A stretch of 20,000 bases of DNA, from the IMG/VR virus record IMGVR_UViG_3300025543_000015, one strand, 5' to 3'. The translations under genes were made by a program, and so were the position numbers. Under the pieces are notes generated by a model, which was not told the origin of the DNA, searched no databases, and saw only the letters and a list, made by a program, of their open reading frames with translations. The stretch is from an uncultured virus (IMG/VR IMGVR_UViG_3300025543_000015) (lineage: Duplodnaviria > Heunggongvirae > Uroviricota > Caudoviricetes > Crassvirales). Numbering within the stretch: position 1 is the first letter of the stretch; the number at the start of each line of letters is the position of its first letter. Shown piece by piece: positions 7,297 through 14,267 of this stretch.

Positions 7297-7539
7297 TTAT
7301 AAATGTCCTCCATAAACTTGGTTACCCATATCATCATAGATGTCATATCTATCCTCATCATCGGGCTCACCATCTTGTAGTTCAGCTTGTGAAAATAAAC
7401 TCTCTTCTTCATCATAAGGATAATCCCCTATTAAATATTCAGCAATCTCTTCATTGCTCAATCCTTTTAGTAATGAATTATCTAATTCAATCTTCACCTC
7501 TTTGTAGTATACTCGTGTTAATGTTAATACTGTTTTCAT
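7297..7539 (-). CDS. Hypothetical acidic protein
   Basis: 80 aa, strongly Asp/Glu-rich C-terminal half. Confidence 0.7.
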   Translation of the reverse strand: MKTVLTLTRVYYKEVKIELDNSLLKGLSNEEIAEYLIGDYPYDEEESLFSQAELQDGEPDDEDRYDIYDDMGNQVYGGHL

Positions 7540-7685
7540 CTTGTTATATTTTTAGTTATTAATTCTTTCTCTTCTCTCTCAGCATCTCTCTTCTTCTGTA
7601 TTGCTAATATAAACTCACGGTTAGTGATGCCTGCACCTGCAGACATTCTCTTCCTGTTCCAATCTGATATGTTTCTACGTCTCAT
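7536..7685 (-). CDS. Hypothetical basic protein (49 aa)
   Basis: MRRRNISDWNRKRMSAGAGITNREFILAIQKKRDAEREEKELITKNITR; ATGA-coupled to the next gene. Confidence 0.55.
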   Translation of the reverse strand: MRRRNISDWNRKRMSAGAGITNREFILAIQKKRDAEREEKELITKNITR

Positions 7686-7687
7686 CT

Positions 7688-7855
7688 CTAAGCTTTTACA
7701 AAGTTATAATACTGTCTTGGTTTACCTCCAAAATCTAGGCTACCTTTCTGTCCATCTGACTTGCGTTCTACTGCTACAAAACCATAGGCAAATCCTAATA
7801 CCCTAAAGTCATCCTGTAGCTCATCTGTTGTCCAAGTTTCTTTTACTGTGTTCAT
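7688..7855 (-). CDS. Hypothetical protein (55 aa)
   Basis: MNTVKETWTTDELQDDFRVLGFAYGFVAVERKSDGQKGSLDFGGKPRQYYNFVKA; TAATG-coupled, globular-looking. Confidence 0.7.
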   Translation of the reverse strand: MNTVKETWTTDELQDDFRVLGFAYGFVAVERKSDGQKGSLDFGGKPRQYYNFVKA

Positions 7856-8121
7856 TACTCTTCGTGATTTAATGTTACATATACTCTCAATACTATCTCG
7901 CCATCTATAACCCGTAGGTAGGAGCTTAGTGCTGTTGGCTCTATTAGTGCTACAATATCTGTGCTGTAGAATGCTATATCCTTTCCTATGTTACAGTGGA
8001 TATTAAACTCTGCCTTATTCAACTCCTCTATGCTGAAATGTCCTAATCCATATCCTATATTTGATTTTAGTGTAGTGATAACTGCTTTTACTGTTCTGAT
8101 TTTCTCTTTGTTTGTGTTCAT
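7855..8121 (-). CDS. Hypothetical protein
   Basis: 88 aa, operon-like spacing. Confidence 0.7.
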   Translation of the reverse strand: MNTNKEKIRTVKAVITTLKSNIGYGLGHFSIEELNKAEFNIHCNIGKDIAFYSTDIVALIEPTALSSYLRVIDGEIVLRVYVTLNHEE

Positions 8122-8128
8122 GATATTA

Positions 8129-8428
8129 TTAGTTTAAAATTAATACTTCGTCTTCACTCAACCCTCTCTCTATTTGGTAGTAGTACGATTGTAGTGTGTC
8201 AATTAGGTATCTACCTTGAGCAGTATGAAAACCATATGAATGTGTATATGCACCTGCAATTGGCTCATTCTCAATTAGTAGATGAAATAGGTCTGTAGGT
8301 GTTATACCTCTCTGCTCCTTAGCTAGTCTTCTGCATGCTAGTACTAGTGACTTAACATTGTGTCTTGGTTGACCATAGTTCGATGTGATGTACTTCTTTG
8401 CTCCTGCAATTGTTAAATTTGTGCTCAT
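8129..8428 (-). CDS. Hypothetical protein
   Basis: 99 aa, TAATG-coupled. Confidence 0.7.
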   Translation of the reverse strand: MSTNLTIAGAKKYITSNYGQPRHNVKSLVLACRRLAKEQRGITPTDLFHLLIENEPIAGAYTHSYGFHTAQGRYLIDTLQSYYYQIERGLSEDEVLILN

Positions 8429-8616
8429 TATTTTAGTTTTTTAAAGTTATTAAATGCCTCTTTCAATATAGGATAGAAAGGTATTATCAAGGTAATAACT
8501 ACATCCTTCTTTGTTAAGTCCTTCTCGAAGTTATCTGTAAGCATTCCGAATAAGACCACGGTTGATATTATCCAAAAGCTAACATAAACAATTGTTACTA
8601 TAACTAGTGCTGTCAT
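8428..8616 (-). CDS. Small membrane protein
   Basis: 62 aa with two hydrophobic segments. Confidence 0.65.
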   Translation of the reverse strand: MTALVIVTIVYVSFWIISTVVLFGMLTDNFEKDLTKKDVVITLIIPFYPILKEAFNNFKKLK

Positions 8617-8633
8617 TGTATTATATTTTATGA

Positions 8634-8936
8634 TTATAATGTGTTATATAGTTTATTGATTATTTTAATTTCTTCTACTGCCATAACGATGTCAATACGA
8701 TTAACTCGCTCACCATATAGCAGTCTGTGAGATGTGCCATATGCTCTAACTAAATCGTCATGATGCTCCTCAACATCTTTTCTGTCCCTAGTTAGAAATG
8801 CTTTCTTAGATGATGCTGTCTTGTAGTTAGCTAACCCCTCAATGTAATAAGCTGATATCTCTGATAATGTACTTGTAAACTCTCTCTTGGTGTTAACATC
8901 TTTAATAATTCTAAAAAACTCACTGCAATTTGTCAT
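8634..8936 (-). CDS. Hypothetical protein, first gene of the leftward operon
   Basis: ORF track gives 8634..8963; ATG at 8936 (MTNCSEF) preferred because the longer start overlaps a tRNA-like element. Confidence 0.65.
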   Translation of the reverse strand: MTNCSEFFRIIKDVNTKREFTSTLSEISAYYIEGLANYKTASSKKAFLTRDRKDVEEHHDDLVRAYGTSHRLLYGERVNRIDIVMAVEEIKIINKLYNTL

Positions 8937-8957
8937 GATAATTGATTTAATTGTTAG

Positions 8958-9017
8958 AGGCAAAGACAGGATTCGAACCTGTACGTGCTTATTATTTCAC
9001 ACATCCGATTCATTGCC
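8958..9017 (-). ncRNA. Truncated tRNA-like element (60 nt, no D-arm)
   Basis: GGCAATG...ACAGG-TTCGAAT-CCTGT-CTTTGCC-T-CTA: 6/7-bp acceptor stem and perfect T-arm. Confidence 0.65.
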
Positions 9018-9022
9018 ATTAG

Positions 9023-9069
9023 TCATCTGTGGAGGGTTCGAACCTCGTATACCCTAACGTATACAGATG
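9023..9069 (-). ncRNA. Mini tRNA-like element (47 nt: acceptor stem, T-arm, one short hairpin)
   Basis: CATCTGT-ATAC(GTTAGG)GTAT-A-CGAGG-TTCGAAC-CCTCC-ACAGATG-A-CTA: perfect 7-bp acceptor stem and TTCGA T-loop. Confidence 0.65.
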
Positions 9070-9263
9070 ATTGTACTTACTGTATCTCTACAGTCTGTAA
9101 CCGATTTGATTTTAGGAGAAATCTTTACTCCCGATTATAGTCTCAATGCAAGTTGCTACTCGTGTATCCTTATTGAGTCTGACGATGAACTGTCTACTAC
9201 TGTAATACTACTTACATAGGTTGCTCTCAATAGCAATTCTACTCCTATGCTCCATGTTACCAA

Positions 9264-9271
9264 CAAAGCTA
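9264..9271 (-). promoter_or_regulatory. Candidate -7 box (TAGCTTTG) for the leftward early operon
   Basis: TAnnTTTG match immediately upstream of a run of hairpins and the first leftward gene. Confidence 0.55.
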
Positions 9272-10367
9272 ACTATAATCTGTGCCATCTACTTTTACCA
9301 TTTAACCCACAATCGGGAAAGCTATGACCAACATGTTTATCATCTGTAAGAGTGAGCTGTGCTGTAGGATACTAAGTAAGTATGTAGCAGGGGAGCAGTA
9401 AGCAGGATGCTTGTGCTGAGCTCGATGATAATCCAATAATGTATAAGAACGTTTGTTGCTTCCAACACTGCAATAGTAATACATATATTTTAAATGGATG
9501 CTGATACTAACTCGTTGATAATGAGTGAGTAAGATGATATTAGGTAATTATAACCTGTTGATATACAGATAGTTAACATACACAACAAAATAAAATGACT
9601 TTTCGATGAATGGTAAATAACAACGATGAAATACACAATTTGATGAAATATTGGATAAAATGTTTGTAGGAAGAGCTTGTGAGATTTGTAGGGAGAATGC
9701 ATTTCGTTGATGGAGTATGCAGTTCAACAATGGTAGTATGTATTGCATAGTACATAGCTAAGTAGTTGAGGTAGTGGTAGTTAAGTAGTATGTGAACAGG
9801 GGTGCATGTATGGTGCATGATACAAGTACTGCCTATAGATACAGCATGTATATCAATACAATCCCCGACGAACTTGCGAGAGAGCACGCAGCTTGATGCA
9901 GCAGCCGTTGATACAGCATGCGTGCACGAGCACAGCTAAGCAAAACCATGCTAACATTACTTAGATGTTCGTTTAAATGATGTTAGTATTACCACATGCG
10001 AACAGGAATGAATGAATTTAATGTGTTGAGTATCAGTATCGTAGAATATAGTAGTAGCATGGATGCAGCAATAGATAGCAAGCAAAAATCTCAAAACTAT
10101 GGCTGAAAATCGAAAAAGTCAAACCCCACCCCATCGAGAAATTTTGGTTTTCCCTTTCGAGTCGGGACGGGGATTTATTATATAGACCCTAAAGAGAGGC
10201 GTTGCCCGAAAAATTTTTATATAATTTTTTTTTTGATTCAGCATGCTAGGATAGAAGATGTTCAACATGGTAGGCTAACAAACGACCACTAAAAACCCCG
10301 TAGAGGTATAAATCGTGCCCTCTGCTAAACTTTTACTACCTCTCGGGTATATTTCACTACCGGACAT

Positions 10368-10390
10368 AAAAAAGCCCCTTAGAGGAGCTT
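10368..10390 (-). terminator. Intrinsic terminator
   Basis: AAGCTCC-TCTAA-GGGGCTT-TTTT downstream of the small ORF 10411..10518. Confidence 0.7.
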
Positions 10391-10410
10391 ATATTAGTTT
10401 TAGTTTTTAT

Positions 10411-10518
10411 TCAGCAAAGTAACCATGTGATGAAACTACCTAGAGCAGCGCCTATTAATAATAATGCTGCAGCAACGTATAAGAATGTTTTAGTAATTGA
10501 GTTTCCGATTCCTTCCAT
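10411..10518 (-). CDS. Small membrane peptide (35 aa)
   Basis: MEGIGNSITKTFLYVAAALLLIGAALGSFITWLLC; A-rich upstream region, followed by a terminator. Confidence 0.55.
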   Translation of the reverse strand: MEGIGNSITKTFLYVAAALLLIGAALGSFITWLLC

Positions 10519-10630
10519 ATATAATTTTGATTTGATTAAGCAGTTCCTAATGTAGCTCTTTTTGTTCGTAAGACAAGAAAGTAACACAAAGAAAAGAATA
10601 TAATCATTTATTTATAATAGTTATATCTTA

Positions 10631-10736
10631 TAGTAGATAATCTACTAGTAGATACATATTATAAGTATTATATTATAAGCATTATCTACTTTATACTTAT
10701 CTACTAGTAGTTACACTTCTAATAATTATCTACTAG
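10631..10736. repeat. AT-rich cluster of ATCTACT(AG) repeats in both orientations; origin-like
   Basis: Forward copies near 10640, 10684, 10699 and 10728; reverse copies (TAGTAGAT) at 10631 and 10646. Confidence 0.7.
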
Positions 10737-10765
10737 TGCTATCCCCCTTTCCCCCTTTCTTGGGA

Positions 10766-10773
10766 CAAAGATA
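10766..10773 (-). promoter_or_regulatory. -7 box (TATCTTTG), leftward
   Basis: TAnnTTTG match, divergent from the box at 10859. Confidence 0.6.
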
Positions 10774-10858
10774 AGAAATATTTTTGACTTCTCATTTTTG
10801 GTAGATACATTAACATATCTTTAACTAAACCATAAAACAATATGTAAATTATTTTACG

Positions 10859-10866
10859 TATCTTTG
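10859..10866 (+). promoter_or_regulatory. -7 box (TATCTTTG)
   Basis: CGTATCTTTGCA, 29 nt upstream of the recombinase ATG. Confidence 0.75.
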
Positions 10867-10895
10867 CAGCAGAGTTTAATTAAAAAGATAAAATT

Positions 10896-11636
10896 ATGGA
10901 GAATAAACAATTTATAGCTTACTATCGTGTGTCAACGGAGGAGCAAGGGAATACAGGTTTAGGTTTAGGAGCTCAGCAGAGTAGTGTTCGCCCATTTGTC
11001 AAAGCCAATGGCGAACTAGTAGGAGAATTTACTGAGATTGAATCCGGAGCAAACAACTCTAGACTCCAACTTGATGCAGCAATTGATATGTGTGTTAAGC
11101 TAAAAGCGACTCTTGTTGTAAAGAATCTCTCACGTATCTCTCGTGGAGGGTACAGAGTGATGGGTAAATTGCAAGACCTAGGTGTTGAGTTTATAGAGGC
11201 TACGTCACCCTTTGATAATCAGCTAATTAAGGAATTTAAGTTCTCAATGGCTAAAGAGGAATTGGAGCGCATCTCAGAAAGAACCTCAGCAGCTCTGCAG
11301 GAGATAAAATCTAAGATTGCTCGTGGTGAAAAACATATTTCAAAATCGGGCAATGTTGTAAAGTCTCTTGGTATGCCAAGTAACTTAACTGATGAGTCCC
11401 GTCAAAAGGCAAAAAAGGTAAGAATTGACAAAGCATTGAATAATCAGAACAATAAAAGAGCCGGAGCATTCATAATTGCGTTAGCGAAAGCAGGTGTCTC
11501 CTTTTATGCGATAACTGCTCAATTGAATCAAAACGGGTTTAAAACTAGTAGAGGTAATAACTTTTCAGAAGTCCAAACAAAAAGGCTATATGAGCGATAC
11601 AAAAAGCAATCAACACAAAATTCACATATTGGGTGA
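10896..11636 (+). CDS. Serine recombinase (resolvase/invertase family)
   Basis: N-terminal AYYRVSTEEQ catalytic-Ser motif, EIESG, LSRISR, ISERT helix, and a C-terminal helix-turn-helix-like ITAQLNQNGFKTSRG. Confidence 0.92.
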   Translation: MENKQFIAYYRVSTEEQGNTGLGLGAQQSSVRPFVKANGELVGEFTEIESGANNSRLQLDAAIDMCVKLKATLVVKNLSRISRGGYRVMGKLQDLGVEFIEATSPFDNQLIKEFKFSMAKEELERISERTSAALQEIKSKIARGEKHISKSGNVVKSLGMPSNLTDESRQKAKKVRIDKALNNQNNKRAGAFIIALAKAGVSFYAITAQLNQNGFKTSRGNNFSEVQTKRLYERYKKQSTQNSHIG

Positions 11637-11741
11637 GGACGGTAAGCGGTACTATATCAATTGCTACTTAAAGAATCATGAATGACATACAGTGGAAGGT
11701 GATGTTCACGTTCCTAGAACACAAATTTATTGGGTAAACTA

Positions 11742-12170
11742 ATGCAGAAAATATTTGAATCGAGGAAGGACTTAAGGAGAGAGCTACTCACCATTAAGAA
11801 ATTCATAAAGAAAAACAAACTCAAGTACACCTACGAGAAGTTAGATTGGAAGAGTTTAGATTATGAACTATATGAATGTAAGAAATTGGTAGCAGTGGTC
11901 GAGATTAAAAACTTTAAAGTGGCATGGGGCTTTTTTCCAACAGTGCTTGTTGCTTTAAAGAAGTACATTAAAATGTTGGGCGTAAAAGAGGAGAAGGATG
12001 TTCCTGTGTACTTTATGGCACACTTCTACTGTGGTACGATAGCTTGGATTGAGGTTGACCAAATCGATGGAGAGAATAAGCACTTTGAAAGGAATGAGAT
12101 ACGGGAAGGGGCAGCAAGCGATGCTGAGGAAGTCTTCTACGTAGTTAACGAATTATTTAAAACGATATGA
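11742..12170 (+). CDS. Putative PD-(D/E)XK-family nuclease-like protein
   Basis: LDY...VVEIK pattern; ATG at 11742 preferred over TTG at 11730. Confidence 0.5.
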   Translation: MQKIFESRKDLRRELLTIKKFIKKNKLKYTYEKLDWKSLDYELYECKKLVAVVEIKNFKVAWGFFPTVLVALKKYIKMLGVKEEKDVPVYFMAHFYCGTIAWIEVDQIDGENKHFERNEIREGAASDAEEVFYVVNELFKTI

Positions 12171-12424
12171 GTTGGGGAAGTAAAAATAACGGTAGGTTCT
12201 GTCCAAACTGTGTCTCAGACATGGTTAATCAGATTAGAAACAAAGAGAGAGTATACGTATGCCTAGAATGTGGTGTAGTAGAGCAGGCAGATGAGCCACA
12301 GGAAAGTCAAATAATTAAAACAAAAAAAGATGAAGGTATCAGAGAAAGACAAGCAATGGACTACTACGACTGTAGCGAACAAGATATTATCTACCACTAC
12401 ATTCAACAAAAAGACCCTAGCTGA
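12167..12424 (+). CDS. Zinc-ribbon protein
   Basis: CPNC...CLEC; ATGA-coupled to the upstream gene. Confidence 0.6.
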   Translation: MSWGSKNNGRFCPNCVSDMVNQIRNKERVYVCLECGVVEQADEPQESQIIKTKKDEGIRERQAMDYYDCSEQDIIYHYIQQKDPS

Positions 12425-12539
12425 GGAATTGGGAATTTCTCGACCAACCCTAGATAAGAGATTGTTTAGGGAGTCTAAGTGGAAGGTGTTAGAGATTAAG
12501 TGGCTAGATATGCTACATAAGCAAAAATGCGACTATTAA
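12330..12539 (+). CDS. Helix-turn-helix DNA-binding protein
   Basis: NKKTLAEELGISRPTLDKRL is a classic HTH. Confidence 0.8.
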   Translation: MKVSEKDKQWTTTTVANKILSTTTFNKKTLAEELGISRPTLDKRLFRESKWKVLEIKWLDMLHKQKCDY

Positions 12540-12548
12540 TTTTATCAG

Positions 12549-12556
12549 TATCTTTG
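12549..12556 (+). promoter_or_regulatory. -7 box (TATCTTTG)
   Basis: TAnnTTTG, 20 nt upstream of ATG. Confidence 0.7.
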
Positions 12557-12576
12557 CTACATGAAACTAATAAATC

Positions 12577-12819
12577 ATGATGACAAGAACAATAAAATTT
12601 AATATAAAACATTTCATAGAAGAGTACATCTATAGCATAGAGTCTAAAGACGACGATGCTGAGGTAGAGCTACTAGAGAAGTTTAATCGGGTGTTCTACA
12701 ATAGTCCACCACAAGTTAAAAAAGGTATACAAGCATTTCTGTTCAATAATAGTAATGCGAAGGAATACAAAAAGATACAAGATTTAGCCACAAGATGCGC
12801 CTGTTTTTTAATAAGTTAA
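12577..12819 (+). CDS. Hypothetical protein
   Basis: 80 aa, preceded by a promoter box. Confidence 0.7.
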   Translation: MMTRTIKFNIKHFIEEYIYSIESKDDDAEVELLEKFNRVFYNSPPQVKKGIQAFLFNNSNAKEYKKIQDLATRCACFLIS

Positions 12820-12829
12820 ATATTTTTTG

Positions 12830-12837
12830 TATATTTG
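12830..12837 (+). promoter_or_regulatory. -7 box (TATATTTG)
   Basis: TAnnTTTG upstream of ATG 12879. Confidence 0.7.
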
Positions 12838-12878
12838 CACTTATAATTAGTGATACATAACTCAAAAAACTAAAACAC

Positions 12879-13208
12879 ATGGCAATTAAAGGAAACGCAT
12901 TTAGCGAGTACAGAGATGTAATCGTTCAATTTAACCTCTCAGAAGGGTTAGACATCGTTGGGCAAACTGCTCAAGAAGCGATGAGTATTGATGCTTATAA
13001 AGCAGCATTAAACAAAGTAGCTGACATTGAAGCTAAGTATGCAGCAGACTCTACATCAGTAGTAGATTTAGCAGCAGTTAACGTTGTAATGACAGGAACA
13101 AGTCGTTACAAGCTTTACAGCTTTAACTTAACACTAGACATTTCAGCAGGTCTTTACAGATTCGTTTGGATTGAAACAGTACCTAACGCAGCAGGATTAA
13201 CTCCGTAA
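12879..13208 (+). CDS. Hypothetical protein
   Basis: 109 aa, with its own promoter box and a downstream terminator. Confidence 0.75.
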   Translation: MAIKGNAFSEYRDVIVQFNLSEGLDIVGQTAQEAMSIDAYKAALNKVADIEAKYAADSTSVVDLAAVNVVMTGTSRYKLYSFNLTLDISAGLYRFVWIETVPNAAGLTP

Positions 13209-13229
13209 GCAGTTAAGTAACAACTAATG

Positions 13230-13265
13230 ACATCTCGTCGCTTAATAGTGGGCGAGGTGTTTTTT
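13230..13265 (+). terminator. Intrinsic terminator
   Basis: ACATCTCGTC...GGCGAGGTGT followed by a T-run. Confidence 0.75.
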
Positions 13266-13281
13266 AAACAACAATAAAAAG

Positions 13282-13371
13282 ATGAAAAATTTTAACATAT
13301 ATTATAATTGCTTTAGTTGGTCGAATAACCAACAGGGTGAGTTATGTGTTAAAGTGAAGATAAGTATTTAG
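13282..13371 (+). CDS. Putative leader peptide of the tRNA cluster (29 aa)
   Basis: MKNFNIYYNCFSWSNNQQGELCVKVKISI; A-rich upstream region; followed by a terminator, then tRNAs for Y, S, S, N, W, F, C. Confidence 0.7.
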   Translation: MKNFNIYYNCFSWSNNQQGELCVKVKISI

Positions 13372-13398
13372 ATACTATTCCTTTCTTTATTACAGTAC

Positions 13399-13431
13399 AA
13401 GCCCTTAGCATTTATGTTAGGGGCTTTTTTT
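13399..13431 (+). terminator. Intrinsic terminator / attenuator immediately before the first tRNA
   Basis: AAGCCCTTAGCA-TTTA-TGTTAGGGGCTT-TTTTT. Confidence 0.85.
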
Positions 13432-13436
13432 ATTGG

Positions 13437-13502
13437 GGTGCTTTTTAGCTGAGGTAGGGTCTGTAAAACCCTAACCGAGTGGTGCAAATCCACTATACAC
13501 CA
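13437..13502 (+). tRNA. tRNA-Tyr(GTA), atypical/degenerate
   Basis: Anticodon arm AGGGT-CTGTAAA-ACCCT, T-arm AGTGG-TGCAAAT-CCACT; mismatched acceptor, reduced D-arm, no long variable arm. Confidence 0.6.
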
Positions 13503-13507
13503 CAAAT

Positions 13508-13595
13508 AGAAGGAGTCCGGTTGGACGAGGGGCTAGTCTTGAAAACTAGTAGGTCGTGGAGACATGGCTTGGGGGTTCGAATCCCTTTCCTTCTA
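13508..13595 (+). tRNA. tRNA-Ser(TGA)
   Basis: Acceptor AGAAGGA/TCCTTCT, CTAGT-CTTGAAA-ACTAG, long variable arm, GGGGG-TTCGAAT-CCCTT. Confidence 0.9.
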
Positions 13596-13601
13596 CTATA
13601 T

Positions 13602-13685
13602 AGAAAGTGAACTCACTAGGGTGGGCTTTCCCTGCTAAGGGAATGGGTCGAGAAATTGGCTGTGGGTCATGACCACCTCTTTCTG
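13602..13685 (+). tRNA. tRNA-Ser(GCT), non-canonical T-loop
   Basis: Acceptor AGAAAG/CTTTCT, TTTCC-CTGCTAA-GGGAA, long variable arm, GTGG-GTCATGA-CCAC. Confidence 0.75.
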
Positions 13686-13734
13686 CAACGTATCATATCG
13701 TATATCGCAAATCGCAAATCGCAATATGGAATAT

Positions 13735-13806
13735 TCCTCAGTAGCTCAGTGGTAGAGCAAGGTGCTGTTAACACCGAGGTCGCAGGTTCAAATCCTGCTT
13801 GGGGAA
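13735..13806 (+). tRNA. tRNA-Asn(GTT)
   Basis: Canonical cloverleaf: TCCTCAG/TTGGGGA, GCTC-AGTGGTA-GAGC, GGTG-CTGTTAA-CACC, GCAGG-TTCAAAT-CCTGC. Confidence 0.95.
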
Positions 13807-13811
13807 CAAAT

Positions 13812-13879
13812 ACATCTAGACTTGGCAGCAGCAGTGGTCTCCAAAACCATAGCGTAGGGTTCGATTCCTTGTGGGTGTG
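13812..13879 (+). tRNA. tRNA-Trp(CCA), reduced D-arm
   Basis: ACATCTA/TGGGTGT, GTGGT-CTCCAAA-ACCAT, TAGGG-TTCGATT-CCTTG. Confidence 0.8.
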
Positions 13880-14190
13880 CTAAATGTGCCTTATAATGCA
13901 CAAAATGGGTGTTTTTGTATATAATAAGCAACATATAGATACTAATAGTGTGTTAAATAGCACTTTATTAAACTGTGGTGGTCTAATCTTAGTAATAATT
14001 CGAGTAAGTTAGCAATAATTGGTATGTTTCTCGAAATTTTACTAAAGCAGGTGGTCTAATAGGTGGTGTAATGTCAAGTTTTCACTGTCATTTACTTGAC
14101 ACATCAATATATGTAAAAGCGTATAATATGGCACTTTTGATTGGTATTATATGCAAAAGGATATAATATGATTGAAGTAACAATCAAATT

Positions 14191-14262
14191 GGGGAGAAGC
14201 TAACTTAGTAGAAGCAGTGGTTTGAAACGCCACAGGAACAGGAGCATAACCTGTCTGCCCCA
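14191..14262 (+). tRNA. tRNA-Phe(GAA), non-canonical T-loop
   Basis: GGGGAG/CTGCCCC (one bulge), GCT...AGC D-stem, GTGGT-TTGAAAC-GCCAC, ACAGG-AGCATAA-CCTGT. Confidence 0.7.
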
Positions 14263-14267
14263 CAAAT

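Noticed and set aside
463..7806. Plus-strand ORFs in the left arm (e.g. 463-654, 2516-2740, 3887-4177, 5398-5673, 7242-7562)
   Set aside because: Antisense shadows of well-packed minus-strand genes
9140..9190. Plus-strand GTC-TCAAT...ATTGA-GT-CTGACGA resembling a type III hammerhead
   Set aside because: Extra bases before the core and no stem II or GAAA afterwards; better explained as the antisense of a minus-strand hairpin
9302..9887. Four overlapping minus-strand ORFs (60-104 aa)
   Set aside because: Mutually overlapping, unnatural His/Tyr/Cys/Leu-rich composition reflecting strand skew
11389..11415. CTGATGAGTCC in the recombinase gene resembling a hammerhead core
   Set aside because: No GGAC-GAAA partner or stem III; explained by coding sequence (T-D-E-S)
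13697..13724. ATCGCAA x3 microrepeat between tRNAs
   Set aside because: Short slippage-type repeat with no evident function
13656..13883. 75-aa plus-strand ORF from the ORF track
   Set aside because: Overlaps three tRNA genes; spurious
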